DNA of 60,031 nucleotides, the filler included, from Sphacelaria rigidula (lineage: Eukaryota): the NCBI GenBank assembly GCA_964200075.2. It is 6 parts of 6 records of this genome, joined end to end, with 100 filler letters (N's around TTAATTAATTAA, not from the genome) between each part and the next. Parts side by side here need not be neighbours in the genome. Positions count along the whole stretch, not along the records: positions 20,049 to 29,971 come from CAXNAA020007483.1; positions 30,072 to 39,991 come from CAXNAA020007484.1; 4 more parts are not named here. One strand, given 5' to 3'. Position numbers and translations under genes: made by a program. This document shows positions 25,499 through 36,965 of the stretch, in pieces (within the stretch, counting starts at the first letter, position 1; every line of letters starts with the position of its first letter). The notes under the pieces were generated by a model. The model was not told the origin of the DNA and ran no database searches. It saw only the letters and a list, made by a program, of their open reading frames with translations.

Positions 25499-25579
25499 GG
25501 GGGCGTACTCATTCGTTGCTTGCCTCAGTCGTTTGACCATTGACTACGCATCCATTTCGAGACGGAGCACGGGGGGGGG
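25499..25579 (-). mobile_element. Short LINE 3' end in a C tract
   Basis: Minus strand reads C9-GTGCTCCGTCTCGAAATGGATGCGTAGTCAATGG...GCAAGCAACGAATGAGTACG-C5. Confidence 0.7.
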
Positions 25580-27754
25580 AGTATCGCGGAAACGAATTAT
25601 ATCAACCTGATTATTTCGATCCTAAGCTGTTTTGTTCCGATTAGGCACGGCGTAGCGTTTGCGCCGAATGTAACTTTTTTCATACGCCTTGCGGATCAAC
25701 TTAAACCGCAATCTCATCCTGCTTGAAAACACCCGAACCAAGAGGCTGGCATCGAAGGCCGCACCACCCCGTGTGCAACCGACCCAAATCATACACACGA
25801 AGTGCAACTTTCCTGGCCAAAAAGCCCCAACAACAAGCGACACTCCACCTCTAAGGCGAGGCAGCAGCAACCCCTGAAGTGGTGCATGTTCGATTGATGC
25901 CGTGATTAATCCGAGTCGTGTGTCCTTTTTTGCGAGCTTGACGATATCCCTGCGGTGTTCAACTCAGGTGTCTTTCGTGCAATCTTGGAAGTTGGAACGA
26001 TGGAGCCTAATGTTTGAATAGTGGTGACATATTGGTGCCTCATGGTATCAACCGGTATGTCGCAGCTGTGAAGCGGGCGAGTAAAACGCCAGGTGGAGAA
26101 AACCGTCCCTGTTCCCCGTTTTCTTGTTTTTTCAACATTCTAGCACCACATGCAAACACAAACTTCCAACATCGCTCTACCAAGGACGACTGCCCCATGT
26201 TTTGTACGGACGATGCACTAGACGACGCAACCCCAACACCGTGGTTATTGTACACTACGAGCTGCATGTGGCCTACAGAAGCACTCACCGTTGACGCCTT
26301 GCATCACTTCCGACAAGCGGAGGCTGGCGTGCGAATTCTGCTTGGCCGCGAGACTGAGCCTCACTTTGTAAACAAACCATGTTCAGCGTGAGTCGGAGGT
26401 AATATATTCGATTATTTTATCCATGGTACCGTATACTATGCGTAGGGAGCACAGCAAACAATTCAATTCAGCGGGGAATTTACATGTGGCAACAGGCCGG
26501 AGGTCCGAAACAGAGCATTCTTGGGGCACAATTGCAAGTTTGGAGAGTGGGGCACTTGCTCGTATTATCAGTATTGCCACGCTGTGTGCACATCACGCTA
26601 TAGCAGTGAGATTTTGCTTTTTTTGCAGCCTATGGTACATGACGTAACCGTGCGACGCGTCATGAAACAAGCGTTACGTGCTGCTCTAGGAACATGCTGC
26701 CTTCAAAAGTGACTCCAAACTGAAGGCTTCCATACATCCACGATGGGTATACTGCAGCCCCAGCGTACTGCAATCGGGGAAACTTCCGCGACCACACCAG
26801 GGTGCCTGTTTCGTTTGCGTATTCCATGCGGTCGTAGATGGTTTCCCTCTGTGGCCTCTCCGCAATCATAGGCGTCTGTGAATAACGAGGCATCTGACCG
26901 AGGGGATCCGAGGGTAATGTCTCGAAGGGTCATTTTCCGTTCCCTGCAGCAAGTGACATGAACCGACCTGGCGTGCCCTGTTTCACGGCGCATATTACAC
27001 CCGAGTTCATTCTTCGCTCGTCCAACTGAGCAGGTGCATGGTCCGTCGTTTGATGATTTCTTTCCCCATCACCCCTGTCTATGTATCTGCTATCCGCCAG
27101 CTATGGTTACTACCTTGTGCCCCCCAACTTATGGGCTCCGGACAAGACTGCGAGTATCGCGTCGGGCACCTTCAGCCGCCCCCTAAGGTGAGTCATGATC
27201 CAAAGGGTAAGGAGCTAATCAGAAGCTACTATATCAAGCTGCAGGGCACGCCCCGTGTTGACATTCAGCGGCAGAGTACTCCACGGAAACAGGGGTGATG
27301 GAATGTAGACTGTAATGGCCAAAGGGCTGGGAGAGTGAATTCACACCTGGGCCCCTGCACGCGTCGCACCCACGTTGCTGTCGACAGCGCTCGACTCCTT
27401 TCTGGTGCACATGGTGAGCAATCCTGATGACGATGCCCACGTACTCAGTAACACTGTACATCTATTTTCCTACTAGCATACATGCACGCTTCGCCTACGA
27501 CGAGAGCTCCATTTTCTGCATAGCACGACTATGCACTAACGGAATCACTGTGTTGTCGTCCCATTTACTGTGAGAAATGAACGTTGAGCACGCGATCTCA
27601 GTGTAGTCAAGTTTTCACCCTACGCCACAGTGCGACCCATGAGTGTGGCTCGAGCGATGTTCCGAGCATCTAGGATGTACGCGGTACTACGTACAGTATC
27701 CCCGAATTGCTCACAGTTTCCATCCAAATCAAACATGCTGTTATGTAGGATATA

Positions 27755-27900
27755 CCACCTGAAATCCGGATCATAACGGAGCAGGGCTCGGCACCCTGCC
27801 CAACTACACCGGGATGTTCGGGACACATTTCGGTATGGCTCAGTATGCCAGCCGAAAATCCCCCCCTTCCGGGCATACCCTTTTGTACAGAATACCACTT
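27755..27900 (+). repeat. Dispersed repeat; uninterrupted homolog of 8060-8470 (which carries a LINE insertion)
   Basis: CAGGGCTCG-CACCCTGC...ATTTCGGTATGGCT-AGTA-GCCA-CC-AAA..C7..TCCGGGCATACCC shared with 8100-8192 plus 8410-8425. Confidence 0.75.
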
Positions 27901-28386
27901 GATTTAATGAATAACCCAGACCTCTACTTTTGTTGGGCGCACCTGTTTGATCGTACTCGCAGGTTCGGGGAACGATTGAAATACACTGCACGATGTGTGA
28001 TATCACAGACCCCGAGTAAAAGCAAGGGGGGCGCGGCACTCAAGATAGACGTGGTGGCGGAGCGGAAATTGACCAAGTCCGATCAAGACACGATTCGCTC
28101 GCAAGTTGTGGTGAGGACAGGCCAGTTACCGTGCGGTAGCGGAGAACCATAACCCCCCCCCCACACACACACACACACTCCCACCCCTACCCTATCCCAC
28201 ACATGAGGTAGTGTGTAACCCGTGGCTGTGTCTGGAAGTGGTGATACCAGAAAATGAAGCAACTCATGTTAGGCTGTCGTCCGTACGCAAGGGTGCAGTA
28301 CGCGCTGAACAAATTGCGGTGCTTCGCGCTTCATGATTACGAGCCTGATCCGGCGAAAAACTGGGCGTACTCCGTCCCGGCTTTGT

Positions 28387-28450
28387 AGGGATGCGAGGTC
28401 AATAGTCTTACGACTGGCATGCAAGATCATGAGTACCTCCCGTCCCTCCT
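28387..28450 (+). mobile_element. Short LINE 3' end, same family
   Basis: AGGGATGCGAGGTCAATAG...GGCATGCAAGATCATGAGTAC followed by C-rich sequence. Confidence 0.6.
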
Positions 28451-29971
28451 GGTGATGGTAAACGTCATTGCTGGGTGACCTGCAAGTGTTGGCGGTGTGG
28501 TTGTACCGAGAATATGACGGACCTAAGTCAGAATTATGTGGTCAATCGTATGATGTAATTTAATTATTGGTGCCTGGTTCTTACCTCAATCAGGGTTCGA
28601 TCTAGGTGGTGGTGTATCTACAGTACGCGATGTTGCTGTCCAGACTGTAGTTTTGAAATGGGCGAGTATGAGCTCAATGCCACTTTTGCTATTTAGTGCG
28701 ACATGTATTCTAATAACCATGATATCATGTCACAAATACCTCCATTCTTGACTCGTTCAGTATTTTATGCGCAAGTCTGAGCATATTCTTATCGGCTGGT
28801 CATTCGAATAAATTTGAAGTATACGCAGCATGCAATATGGGCTAGAAGCGGGCAATGGGTGGAAGATAGTTACGGGAAATTGTTGCTCGGTGCATAGATG
28901 GCCATGTGAGGTTTTCGCCTCTATTCGTTCGTATATTCCTGAATCGGTTCAAATATTTTCGGGAGACTTGCACACGGTCCAGAGATGGTCGCGTGAGATT
29001 TTTTCTTTTTCCGTCGGGTCGAAAGATGATCATGTCAGACTCGTACCCGTTTCGAAAGGGCGCCCTAGGAGACTTGTGCACGGGTCAGAGAAGGATCACG
29101 TGGACCCTTTGGTTCAGGTTTCCCGGCGCCATTCCAGCGTTTATTCTCGTGTAGAGACGAGATAGTCGTTTTGTGGGAAACGCCGATTGTTGCCATGGCT
29201 CACAGGCGTTTTTTCGTTTCTTTTCACGTGATCTTTCGTGTATGCTTCTTTTGATAACGGAAGTACAAACTCCGTGTGTGTGTGTGTGCGTGTTTGTGCC
29301 GCCGCAAATTCATGAAAAACAAATCGCCTTTTTTTGTTCGCCGATCATTGAAAAAACGTTCGGCTTCGATGATGATGTTTTTCTGTTTGGTGACTGCTGC
29401 TCGCAGAGAATGTTCCAGACAACCGCAGACATGACGGCGTGGTACAAACTAAACGAGGAAGCGAACGAGCGCCGCTTTGGGAGGCTTTTCAGGTTAGAAT
29501 TGGTCGGTACAGAGAGGCACTGTCGGTCTCTAGCTGCCAAGCCCGCCTTCCTCAAGACATTGGCTGATTCTTGCATCTTGGATTACCGACTTGAACTTTG
29601 ATGCGCTCAGCAGTTGGGCCATAACATGCTGCACGAGTGAAGTATTTGTGATGACTTTGGTTGTATGTTCGTTTTTCGCGAATTTTTGTCCTCTCTGCAG
29701 CGCAGCACCGCCGGAGGATTGATACACGTAGTTGTCGCTGTGTAAATAACAGGCGTTGCCACTCTTATCAAGCCTGTTTTCTTTCTGTCTTACTGCTTCC
29801 TCTGATACGTTGGTAAGGAAACCATATTCTTGTTTAAAAAGTGTATCAGCAGAGCTTCTTGTTTTTGGCGGCTGAGCTCATGGGGGGGGGGGGGGTGGTT
29901 CGGAAAATGCCTGCCCCGTCCCGGGGGGGAAAGTGGTACCCCGGCACGGGGTTGGGAAGGTGTTTGTGGGT

Positions 29972-30071
29972 NNNNNNNNNNNNNNNNNNNNNNNNNNNNN
30001 NNNNNNNNNNNNNNNTTAATTAATTAANNNNNNNNNNNNNNNNNNNNNNNNNNNNNNNNNNNNNNNNNNNN
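29972..30071. other. Artificial scaffold linker
   Basis: N44-TTAATTAATTAA-N44. Confidence 0.98.
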
Positions 30072-30076
30072 TTCGA

Positions 30077-30160
30077 CCGGCGCTCCCTCCCGAAAGGGAT
30101 CCCCGGCCCCTCCCCACCCGCCTAAGGCAAGCAACTACCCAGACCCCCCCCCCCCCCCCC
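30077..30160 (+). mobile_element. Degenerate or low-quality LINE 3' end, same family
   Basis: CGGCGCTCCCTCCCGAAAGGGAT...AAGGCAAGCAAC followed by a long C run at the scaffold edge. Confidence 0.45.
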
Positions 30161-30178
30161 GCCAAGCCCATCTCAAAC

Positions 30179-30472
30179 CTTCTCTTTATCCGCCTCATCC
30201 TTGCTCTCCGCAGTATCCTTCACCGCCACAGCCGTCGCTGCCGTACCAACGCCACTACCACCACCATCACTGCTGCTGATGCCTGGAGTTCGGCCGACTA
30301 AGGCAGCGGGTCCCGCCGGTGCCGATCCCGATTGTCCAGCAGTATCGCCAGCGGCCCCGGCGTCGGCAGCAAACCGCGACGGTTTCGCTTCGCCTGCGGA
30401 AGAAGCAGCAGGGGCAGCAGGGGCAGCAGGGGCGGCAGTCTCCTCGAGCCCTGCCTGCCGTGCCTTCCACAC
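30179..30472 (-). CDS. TRRAP: TRRAP probable Ala/Gly-rich exon (VWKARQAGLEETAAP...EADKEK)
   Basis: polyT-gtcag acceptor, AAG|gtttga donor; 294 bp, GC-rich, open, phase-compatible. Confidence 0.65.
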
Positions 30473-30506
30473 CTGACAAAAAAACAATATGCGGATTACC
30501 CAAACG

Positions 30507-30614
30507 TTGATTAAGTGATTGATTGATTGATGGATTTATTGAGTGAGTGAGTGGTTGTTCCGCACGTATCGAACCGCTACGAAATCCCGCCGTGGTCACA
30601 AAGTAGACGCACCC
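30507..30614 (-). mobile_element. Retroelement 3' end with (CAAT)n tail
   Basis: (TGAT)n...CCGTGGTCACA...AGACGCACCC. Confidence 0.5.
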
Positions 30615-31602
30615 ACTTCATGTTTTCCCGAAATCTCCCTTTTTTTTCCTTTTTTTTTTTGGGGGGGGGGATCTCCGAAAAATGTGAGAGCAGATTTCTC
30701 ACCTCGGTTTGGCAAAAAATAGATATGTAGATCAATCCAAGACTGACTACATATTTATTTCTGCGACAATCTATCGTCATTTCTTTTTTTTCCCAGCAAT
30801 TTTTCTTGGGAAGAAGTTGGGAAAAAAACAACTCTCTTGAAAAAAAATTAGAAGAAAAAAATGGCCCGTTACGAAGACCCTTTTGTAGCCTGACCCGCCA
30901 CATGATTCCAGCTGTGGCCCACTGGATTGATCGTCTTACATGAGCTGATCTGCCACGCACGCAGCTGTGGTCATTAGATACATGACAGACGTACGTATAC
31001 ACGAATAGATAAAACGAAAAGCACCCACGTGTCAGGAGAAAACTCAAGTACGAAAAAAAAGAGAGAGAGCGAGATAGGATGCAATTCGACAACCGATAAA
31101 CGACCCCGATCTCGCGTCAGAACAGTCCCCGAGAGAGCCAGTCCACGACAGGCCCCTGTATCCAAACATGGAGATATTCCTTTGAAAAAAAATAAGTTCA
31201 TTTCTAGAAGAGGAAGATCGATCTTAGCAGATTCTTCCTGCAAGAGGAAGCATAAAACAGATATATTCGTAAATATAAGTCTCACTCCTGAGGGGACAAA
31301 AAGGATAACGTCAATAGTACATTTCATTCAGTTCACAAGCAACAACCATTGCCGTGTGCCGCCGTGCGTTTGGCGGAGAAAATATCCATTCGCTCTTGTT
31401 TTCAACGCACAAGGTAGAATGAATCACAGGAGGGGACGGGGGGGTGGCCTCGAAAAAATGGGAGGTCACTTATACCAAACACCGCCGCATCTCTGGTGCC
31501 TTGTGCTGCTTTTCCGTCGTTATTGAAGGACCTGTACCATGTGTACGATGGTGGGATTCAACACCAACAAAAAACACACACAAGACACAAATAAACACTG
31601 AC

Positions 31603-31675
31603 CTCGTGAGACGTCCGCTTCCTCTTGGGCCCCGAGGTGGTGCTTTGTCGAGACCTTCGGCTCGGCACCGGCCTC
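31603..31675 (-). CDS. TRRAP: TRRAP probable small basic exon (RRPVPSRRSRQSTTSGPKRKRTSHE)
   Basis: tgtgcag acceptor, GAG|gtcagt donor; 73 bp, phase 2 to 0, bridging the phases of the flanking exons. Confidence 0.6.
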
Positions 31676-31940
31676 CTGCACAGTAAACAGTAAACAGTAA
31701 ACAGACAGAGCAGCGGGTGAAGTGCCCGGGATTGTCGCGAACTCAAACGCGGAAGGGAAACAAACAAAAAAGAAACGGGAACAGAGGAACAGACACGAAC
31801 AAAATTGCAAACAAATCTGTGCAAGAAATGGTGATAAGGACAAGGGATGGCTCCTGCGACCATAAACATGAAGGTACCATTTGTTTCTCCAAGATCTGAA
31901 CGTCTCAAGATATTGGACGGAGTGTGCAGGCATGCATGGT

Positions 31941-32004
31941 ACATACATACATACATACATACATACATACATACATACATACATACATACATACATACAT
32001 ACAT
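31941..32004 (+). repeat. (ACAT)16 microsatellite
   Basis: Read directly. Confidence 0.95.
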
Positions 32005-32087
32005 GAAACAACACCGAATTATTGTCGTAGCAGTAGCAACAACAAACATGAGACAAGAAAAAAAAAAAAAAAGAAAAAAAATCTCGC

Positions 32088-32254
32088 CTGTCTTCAAACC
32101 CTGCAAGATCGTCCATCTGGTGCACCAGGAAGGAGAGAAGAACGTCTGCGAACGTGCAGCTCGCCGCCTCATTGGCCAGCAAGTGCTGTGGTATAGTCAG
32201 CAGAGACGGATCTTCCAAGGTAGACTCGAACAAGATCGAAATGTGCCTCCCGAC
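32088..32254 (-). CDS. TRRAP: TRRAP/Tra1 internal exon (3' end at 32088 with GC donor or 32100 with GT donor)
   Basis: aatcag|VGRHISILFESTLEDPSLLTIPQHLLANEAASCTFADVLLSFLVHQMDDLAGFED; resembles TRRAP xxFLANxxxSxxFAxILxxFL. Confidence 0.85.
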
Positions 32255-32359
32255 CTGATTAGATTTCATTACGTTTTTTGGTCATCACAATAACAACAAC
32301 AACAACAAGATACTCGAACAAATAAGAACAGAATTCGTGAAAACAAACAGCAAAAAAAG

Positions 32360-32776
32360 CAGGGGTATACACGTTACACGTGACGCTTTTACGTGACACA
32401 TTCGAAAAAACGTAACTTCGGGTCATCCAACACTACGCAAGGTTTGATTTTTTGGACGGGACACATGCAAGGTCACGTAACGTGTGATCCTTCGAATGAA
32501 CCCTAACAGCGTTTTACTTTCCGAATGTGACGAAAACTCTGCTTGTTTTCGTGAATTGTAACGTGTCACGTGTCACGTTAGAAAATCACAAAAACCGCCT
32601 TTTTTTTTACATCTGGAAAATCCCAGGCAACACCGCTCCAACGCCCACACGCTACATCACGTTACATTACATTTGTCCCGTCCAAAAACTCAAACCTTAC
32701 GTAGCGTTAAATGGCCCAAAGTTACGTTTTCCCCGTTTTTTTCAAATGCGTCACGTGTGTAACGTGTATATCCCTG
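32360..32776. mobile_element. hAT-like MITE in TRRAP intron
   Basis: CAGGGGTATACACGTTACAC...GTGTAACGTGTATATCCCTG; ~120-bp inverted arms; AAAAAAG-type TSD on both sides. Confidence 0.75.
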
Positions 32777-32978
32777 AAAAAAGCGGCATTGCTATGGCTA
32801 TGGGTATCTGTATACTGTATAATGAAATGAAATCATTACTTTTTTTTTTCCAATCACATAGGAAAAAAATTGACACAGCCCAAACACGCAGCACACACAC
32901 ACACACACACGGCAAAACATGAACAAGAAGAAGAAAACAAAAAAGCAGGAAAAAAACGCGGGGAAAAAACAAACTTAC

Positions 32979-33278
32979 AGTCGTGCGCAGATCGTACGGG
33001 CCAAGCACCGTAAACGCCCCGGCAAACGCATCCAGGGACTCCTTCCACTCCAACCCCGGGGCCGTTACGCCTCCACTTTTCGTGAAAACTCGCAGACAGG
33101 GCAGGGCCCACTTGAAGAACTTGGCGGTGTGGTCGCGCTCTTCTGCTGTCATCGGCCGTCGGAGCTGTTGGACGACCCCAACGCCCGCCGTTGCCGACGC
33201 CTCCGGCTTGGGTTGGCGGTAGTTGGAGCAGCACCATATCACAGTTTTCAGGCCTTGAATCATCGTCTTTGCGATCAC
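32979..33278 (-). CDS. TRRAP: TRRAP/Tra1 internal exon
   Basis: gcgcag|VIAKTMIQGLKTVIW...EWKESLDAFAGAFTVLGPYDLRTT|gtaagt; resembles TRRAP LxKTLxxGxKTIxW and EEKExLExFAxxF. Confidence 0.85.
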
Positions 33279-34767
33279 CTGCGCGATGACGAGAGACAGA
33301 AAGCAAAAAAAAGAATGGGGGGGGGGGGGGGAAAGAGGAGAAAAAAAAAAAAAAGAAAGGAAAAAAGGAAGAAAATAGGGAAAAAAAAAAACAAAAAAAA
33401 AAAAAAAANNNNNNNNNNACAGCCAGCCTCACCACCACACCAAAGGGGAGCAGAAAAAAAAGAAACAAAAGTGGGAGGGCGGGGGGGGGAAGGGAGGGGA
33501 AATAAAAAAACACGCAAGGAACAAAGAAACAAACTAGGGAACAAAACAAGCAAAAACAACCAGATATTGAATTGAATTAGACTTGAAAATAAAGGGCGTG
33601 CGTGATGACACAAAAAACTCGGTTTGTATGCAAACAATTTTCTACTTCTTTTCCTTGAAAATGATTATGGCGTCAAGAAACAAAACAAAACAAATATATG
33701 ACTAGAACACAACGTAGCATAGCATAGCATAAGACCAACTTTTATGAGAACGAATCTCGATTTTTTTAGACCAAAAAATGGGGGACTCAAAGTAGCGAAC
33801 TTGAAATCGGGGGGAAACGTTTTATGGTACAGACAGACGGTACAGTATCACAGATTTGTGAAACAGTTCGGTACACAGACAGTCATTTTCTGTATGCGTG
33901 TGGTATCGCGTACACGTGCATGAAACCGAAAAGCAGGCAGGCGGTGACTGATCCTTCGAGGACAGTGTCGTACCTTGGCACCCTAGGGCAATACAGTGCA
34001 GGCCACTTCATCAGTACAGTACATGCTAATGCCGTGTGGTAGTACATGATGGCACAGCCCGTATTGCGAGAAATGTGAACAAACAGTGCGCGAGCAGAGT
34101 TCAGTAGTGCAGTGCCGTACATCACCCCTCAAGTACAGCGACAACAGACCAGGATACTGCGGTACAGTAGCGTTCGTTATAGTGACACATATAGCAGTGC
34201 AGCGCAGTAAAAAATATCACCATCGCCTCAGGGGACGGCGTTAGCACTTATTATCCGCTTGCCAAACCTCGTGCGAAGGTGCTTCAGCAAGTGGCGCGGG
34301 TAGGCACGCGCTGCACTGTCACGAGACTGTCTTCTGCTGCGGTTGCAAAAAAATCAAACGCCACTTGCCCCAACATTTTACGTCAATGCACATACGCCAC
34401 CTCAAAAAAATCGGGGGGGGGTCACGATCTCGGCACGATTTCCTCCGATGTTTTCGAAAAATCGGGGGGAACGTTCCGAGATTGTGACTGCCCGATTTTT
34501 TCGCCCCCGATTTGGTCCAAATCGGTGACCATAAAATGCGTTCCCCGATTATTTTTCCCCCGATGATCGAAAAAATCGAGATTGGTGACTGCCATAAAAG
34601 TTGGTATAACAGAACGGAAAAGCACAGAACAGAGTATCCATCTCTTTTTCAACCTTGGAAACAAATGATTGGCAAGAATCCCACACATTCCGCGGAGAGT
34701 TGATCGAGAGGCCTTTCGGTTTTTTCATAAAAAAACGATTGAATGTTCTTCGAATTCAACAACTGAC

Positions 34768-35832
34768 CTTAACCTCCTGAATACTGTCCCCGATCTCCGG
34801 CGGACCGCCCAGGGCAAACTTCCGCGGTGCCCCATCTTCCCGAGGCGGAGGCACCGCCCTTGCTATCTTCAACGTCGCGGCGGCGCTATTTGCCACCTCC
34901 GCTCCACTTTGGACCTGACTGCGCGCGGCGGGCGCTGCAGTCGCCGGAGCACCCGGAGCCGTCGCAATCGTCCCTCGGCCGACAACAGCTCTCGCATGAC
35001 TGGGGACGACCGCTCCAGCAGCCCCCACAGCACCTGTGGCGGAGGCGCCGGCGCCGGGGGCCGGGACAACTGTTCTTCCGACCACAGCTGTCCTGGCGGC
35101 TCCGCCGTCCACATCCATCGAGTCTCCCTTGGTCACAACCGGCACGGCAACCGGGACAGCAGCAGCAGCAGCTGCGACTCTGGGTGCACCAGCATGAGTG
35201 CCGCCCCCAACATCCACGTCATCCTCCACGTTCACAACGTGTTCTTCCCCGGCGCCAGTGCCCTCCACGTCCACTTCCATCGTCTCCGGGGCCAGCGGTG
35301 GCGCCGTAACGGCCGTGGTAGTTGTGATGGTGCTGGCGGCGGCAGGCGCCGTCGCCGCCGCCGTCGCCGCCGCAACAGCCGCCTGCGTGCGAGCGGCCGC
35401 TTGCGCCTGGGCCGACGCTGTTGCCGCCGCCGACGCTGCCGCCGCGGCTTGCGCAGCCTGCGCAGCCGACATGACCGCCGTTGCCTGCGGCGCCTGCAGC
35501 GCGGAGGCCGGCGAAGCGACGGGAGTGGCGGTGGATGCGCCAGGCGTTGGCGGCGGCGCTGGCGGCGAGATTGCGAACGCCGAAGTGCTGGAACGCGTCA
35601 TCAACGGAGATAGAGTTGTCGTTGTTGCCGCTGCTGCTGCTGATGTCGGGGATGAGCTTGTCGGCCCGGCGCTGCTACTGCTGCTGCTGTTGTTGTGGTT
35701 GTTCACGACGGCGGGCGCGAGCTTGGGCCCGGCACCCGCTTCCACGCTCTGGACGTGGCGGAGTCTTGCGCGTTCCGCCTCCTCGACGAGCGGCATGTAG
35801 TGTCGCAGGGTTCCGAACTTATACACAAGCGC
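34768..35832 (-). CDS. TRRAP: TRRAP/Tra1 internal exon (N-terminal HEAT region with long Ala/Thr/Pro/Val-rich insertion)
   Basis: caccag|ALVYKFGTLRHYMP...GDSIQEVK|gtcagt; 1065 bp open, GC-rich, phase 0/0; VxKF motif precedes the KTxxxGxKTxxW exon as in Tra1/TRRAP. Confidence 0.8.
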
Positions 35833-36103
35833 CTGGTGTCGGTTGGCGAGTGACATGTGAGTATCAAGCGAAAAAACAAAGGAAATAGTGGACCACAGGA
35901 CACTCACAACTGGTCGAAGATCTGTCCGAAGAAAGAAGGAAAAAAGGAACGAAGGCGAAAACACAAATGCAACACAGAATAAAATTGATGATTGATATCC
36001 CAGATTCACTAAAAGCTCGGGAGAATAGATTGATTGTATACGTTCGTCCGCCCTCTCAAGAAAGAGAAGCCACTCCGCCATCACATATTAAAACGAACTA
36101 TTC

Positions 36104-36280
36104 CAAGGTTGTGTTCTGTGGGGTACGGGTATGTCCGGTAGGGTATGAGATTTTTTACACAACTTATAGAACTGATGGGCATCAGGGTAGAAGGCTTACA
36201 GAACTCACAGAACCTGTTGGGTACGGGTAATACCCGGGTAGATACCCCGGGTATACAAAAAATGGTACCCTACAGAAGAC
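36104..36280. mobile_element. Short copy of the CAAGGTTGTGTT hAT-like family
   Basis: Same left TIR, CGGGTA repeats, degenerate right end. Confidence 0.6.
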
Positions 36281-36786
36281 AGCAAAACAAACTTTTTCAC
36301 CGCAGGCCGTCGGCAGGAGTACACAGGCGACAAAAAATCTCGAAACGTAAATTTCTGGCCGATGCAAAAACACTCAAATGCTACTGTGTAGCTTGCAGAT
36401 AAATCTTGTACGAGCCAGGCATCCACTCTCTGCGGTGTTGATTGATTTGTATCGGTTTCCGCACATCTACTTTCTTCTCCACCCGACTACTGGTATACCT
36501 CCTCCTTTTTTGGAATGTCCGGATTTCCCACCCCGGAATCGCTTTTTCAACTTTTTCGCGGAGTCCATTGGGCCGTGCAGATATGTTTCCATCCCTATCC
36601 CCTCTCTCAACCTCCCGTATATCTTCACGTGTTCTTACTCGTCCACTTTCCATCTTATAACACGAGAAAAGCATGATGAATTAGTCGCAACGAAATTATT
36701 ACTAGCAGTAGTCCTTTTTCCTTCCTCATTTTTTTTTTTTTCTTCTTGTCTGGTATTTTTATTTTATTTGGTTTTATTTCTCTTGT

Positions 36787-36965
36787 ATCGCGTCTGTGTG
36801 ATTTACTTCTGGGTCCGATTTTATTTCATGATTCTTCTTTTACCCCAGCTTGAGATAGTTAGCCTGTGACCACGGAAGGCGTCCGCATCAGATGCCCAGT
36901 ACGGAGTACTGCGCAGATATCAGAACGGTTTTTTATGTGAAGACAATAACAATAACAACAACAAA
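36787..36965 (+). mobile_element. LINE/SINE 3' end with (CAA)n tail, copy 1
   Basis: GTTAGCCTGTGACCACGGAAGGCGTCCGCATCAGATG identical to the 38360 copy; ends AAGAC(AAC)n. Confidence 0.7.

Noticed and set aside
34669-35888. Long plus-strand Arg/Ala-rich ORFs (314, 200, 160, 135 aa)
   Set aside because: Antisense shadows of the GC-rich TRRAP exon.
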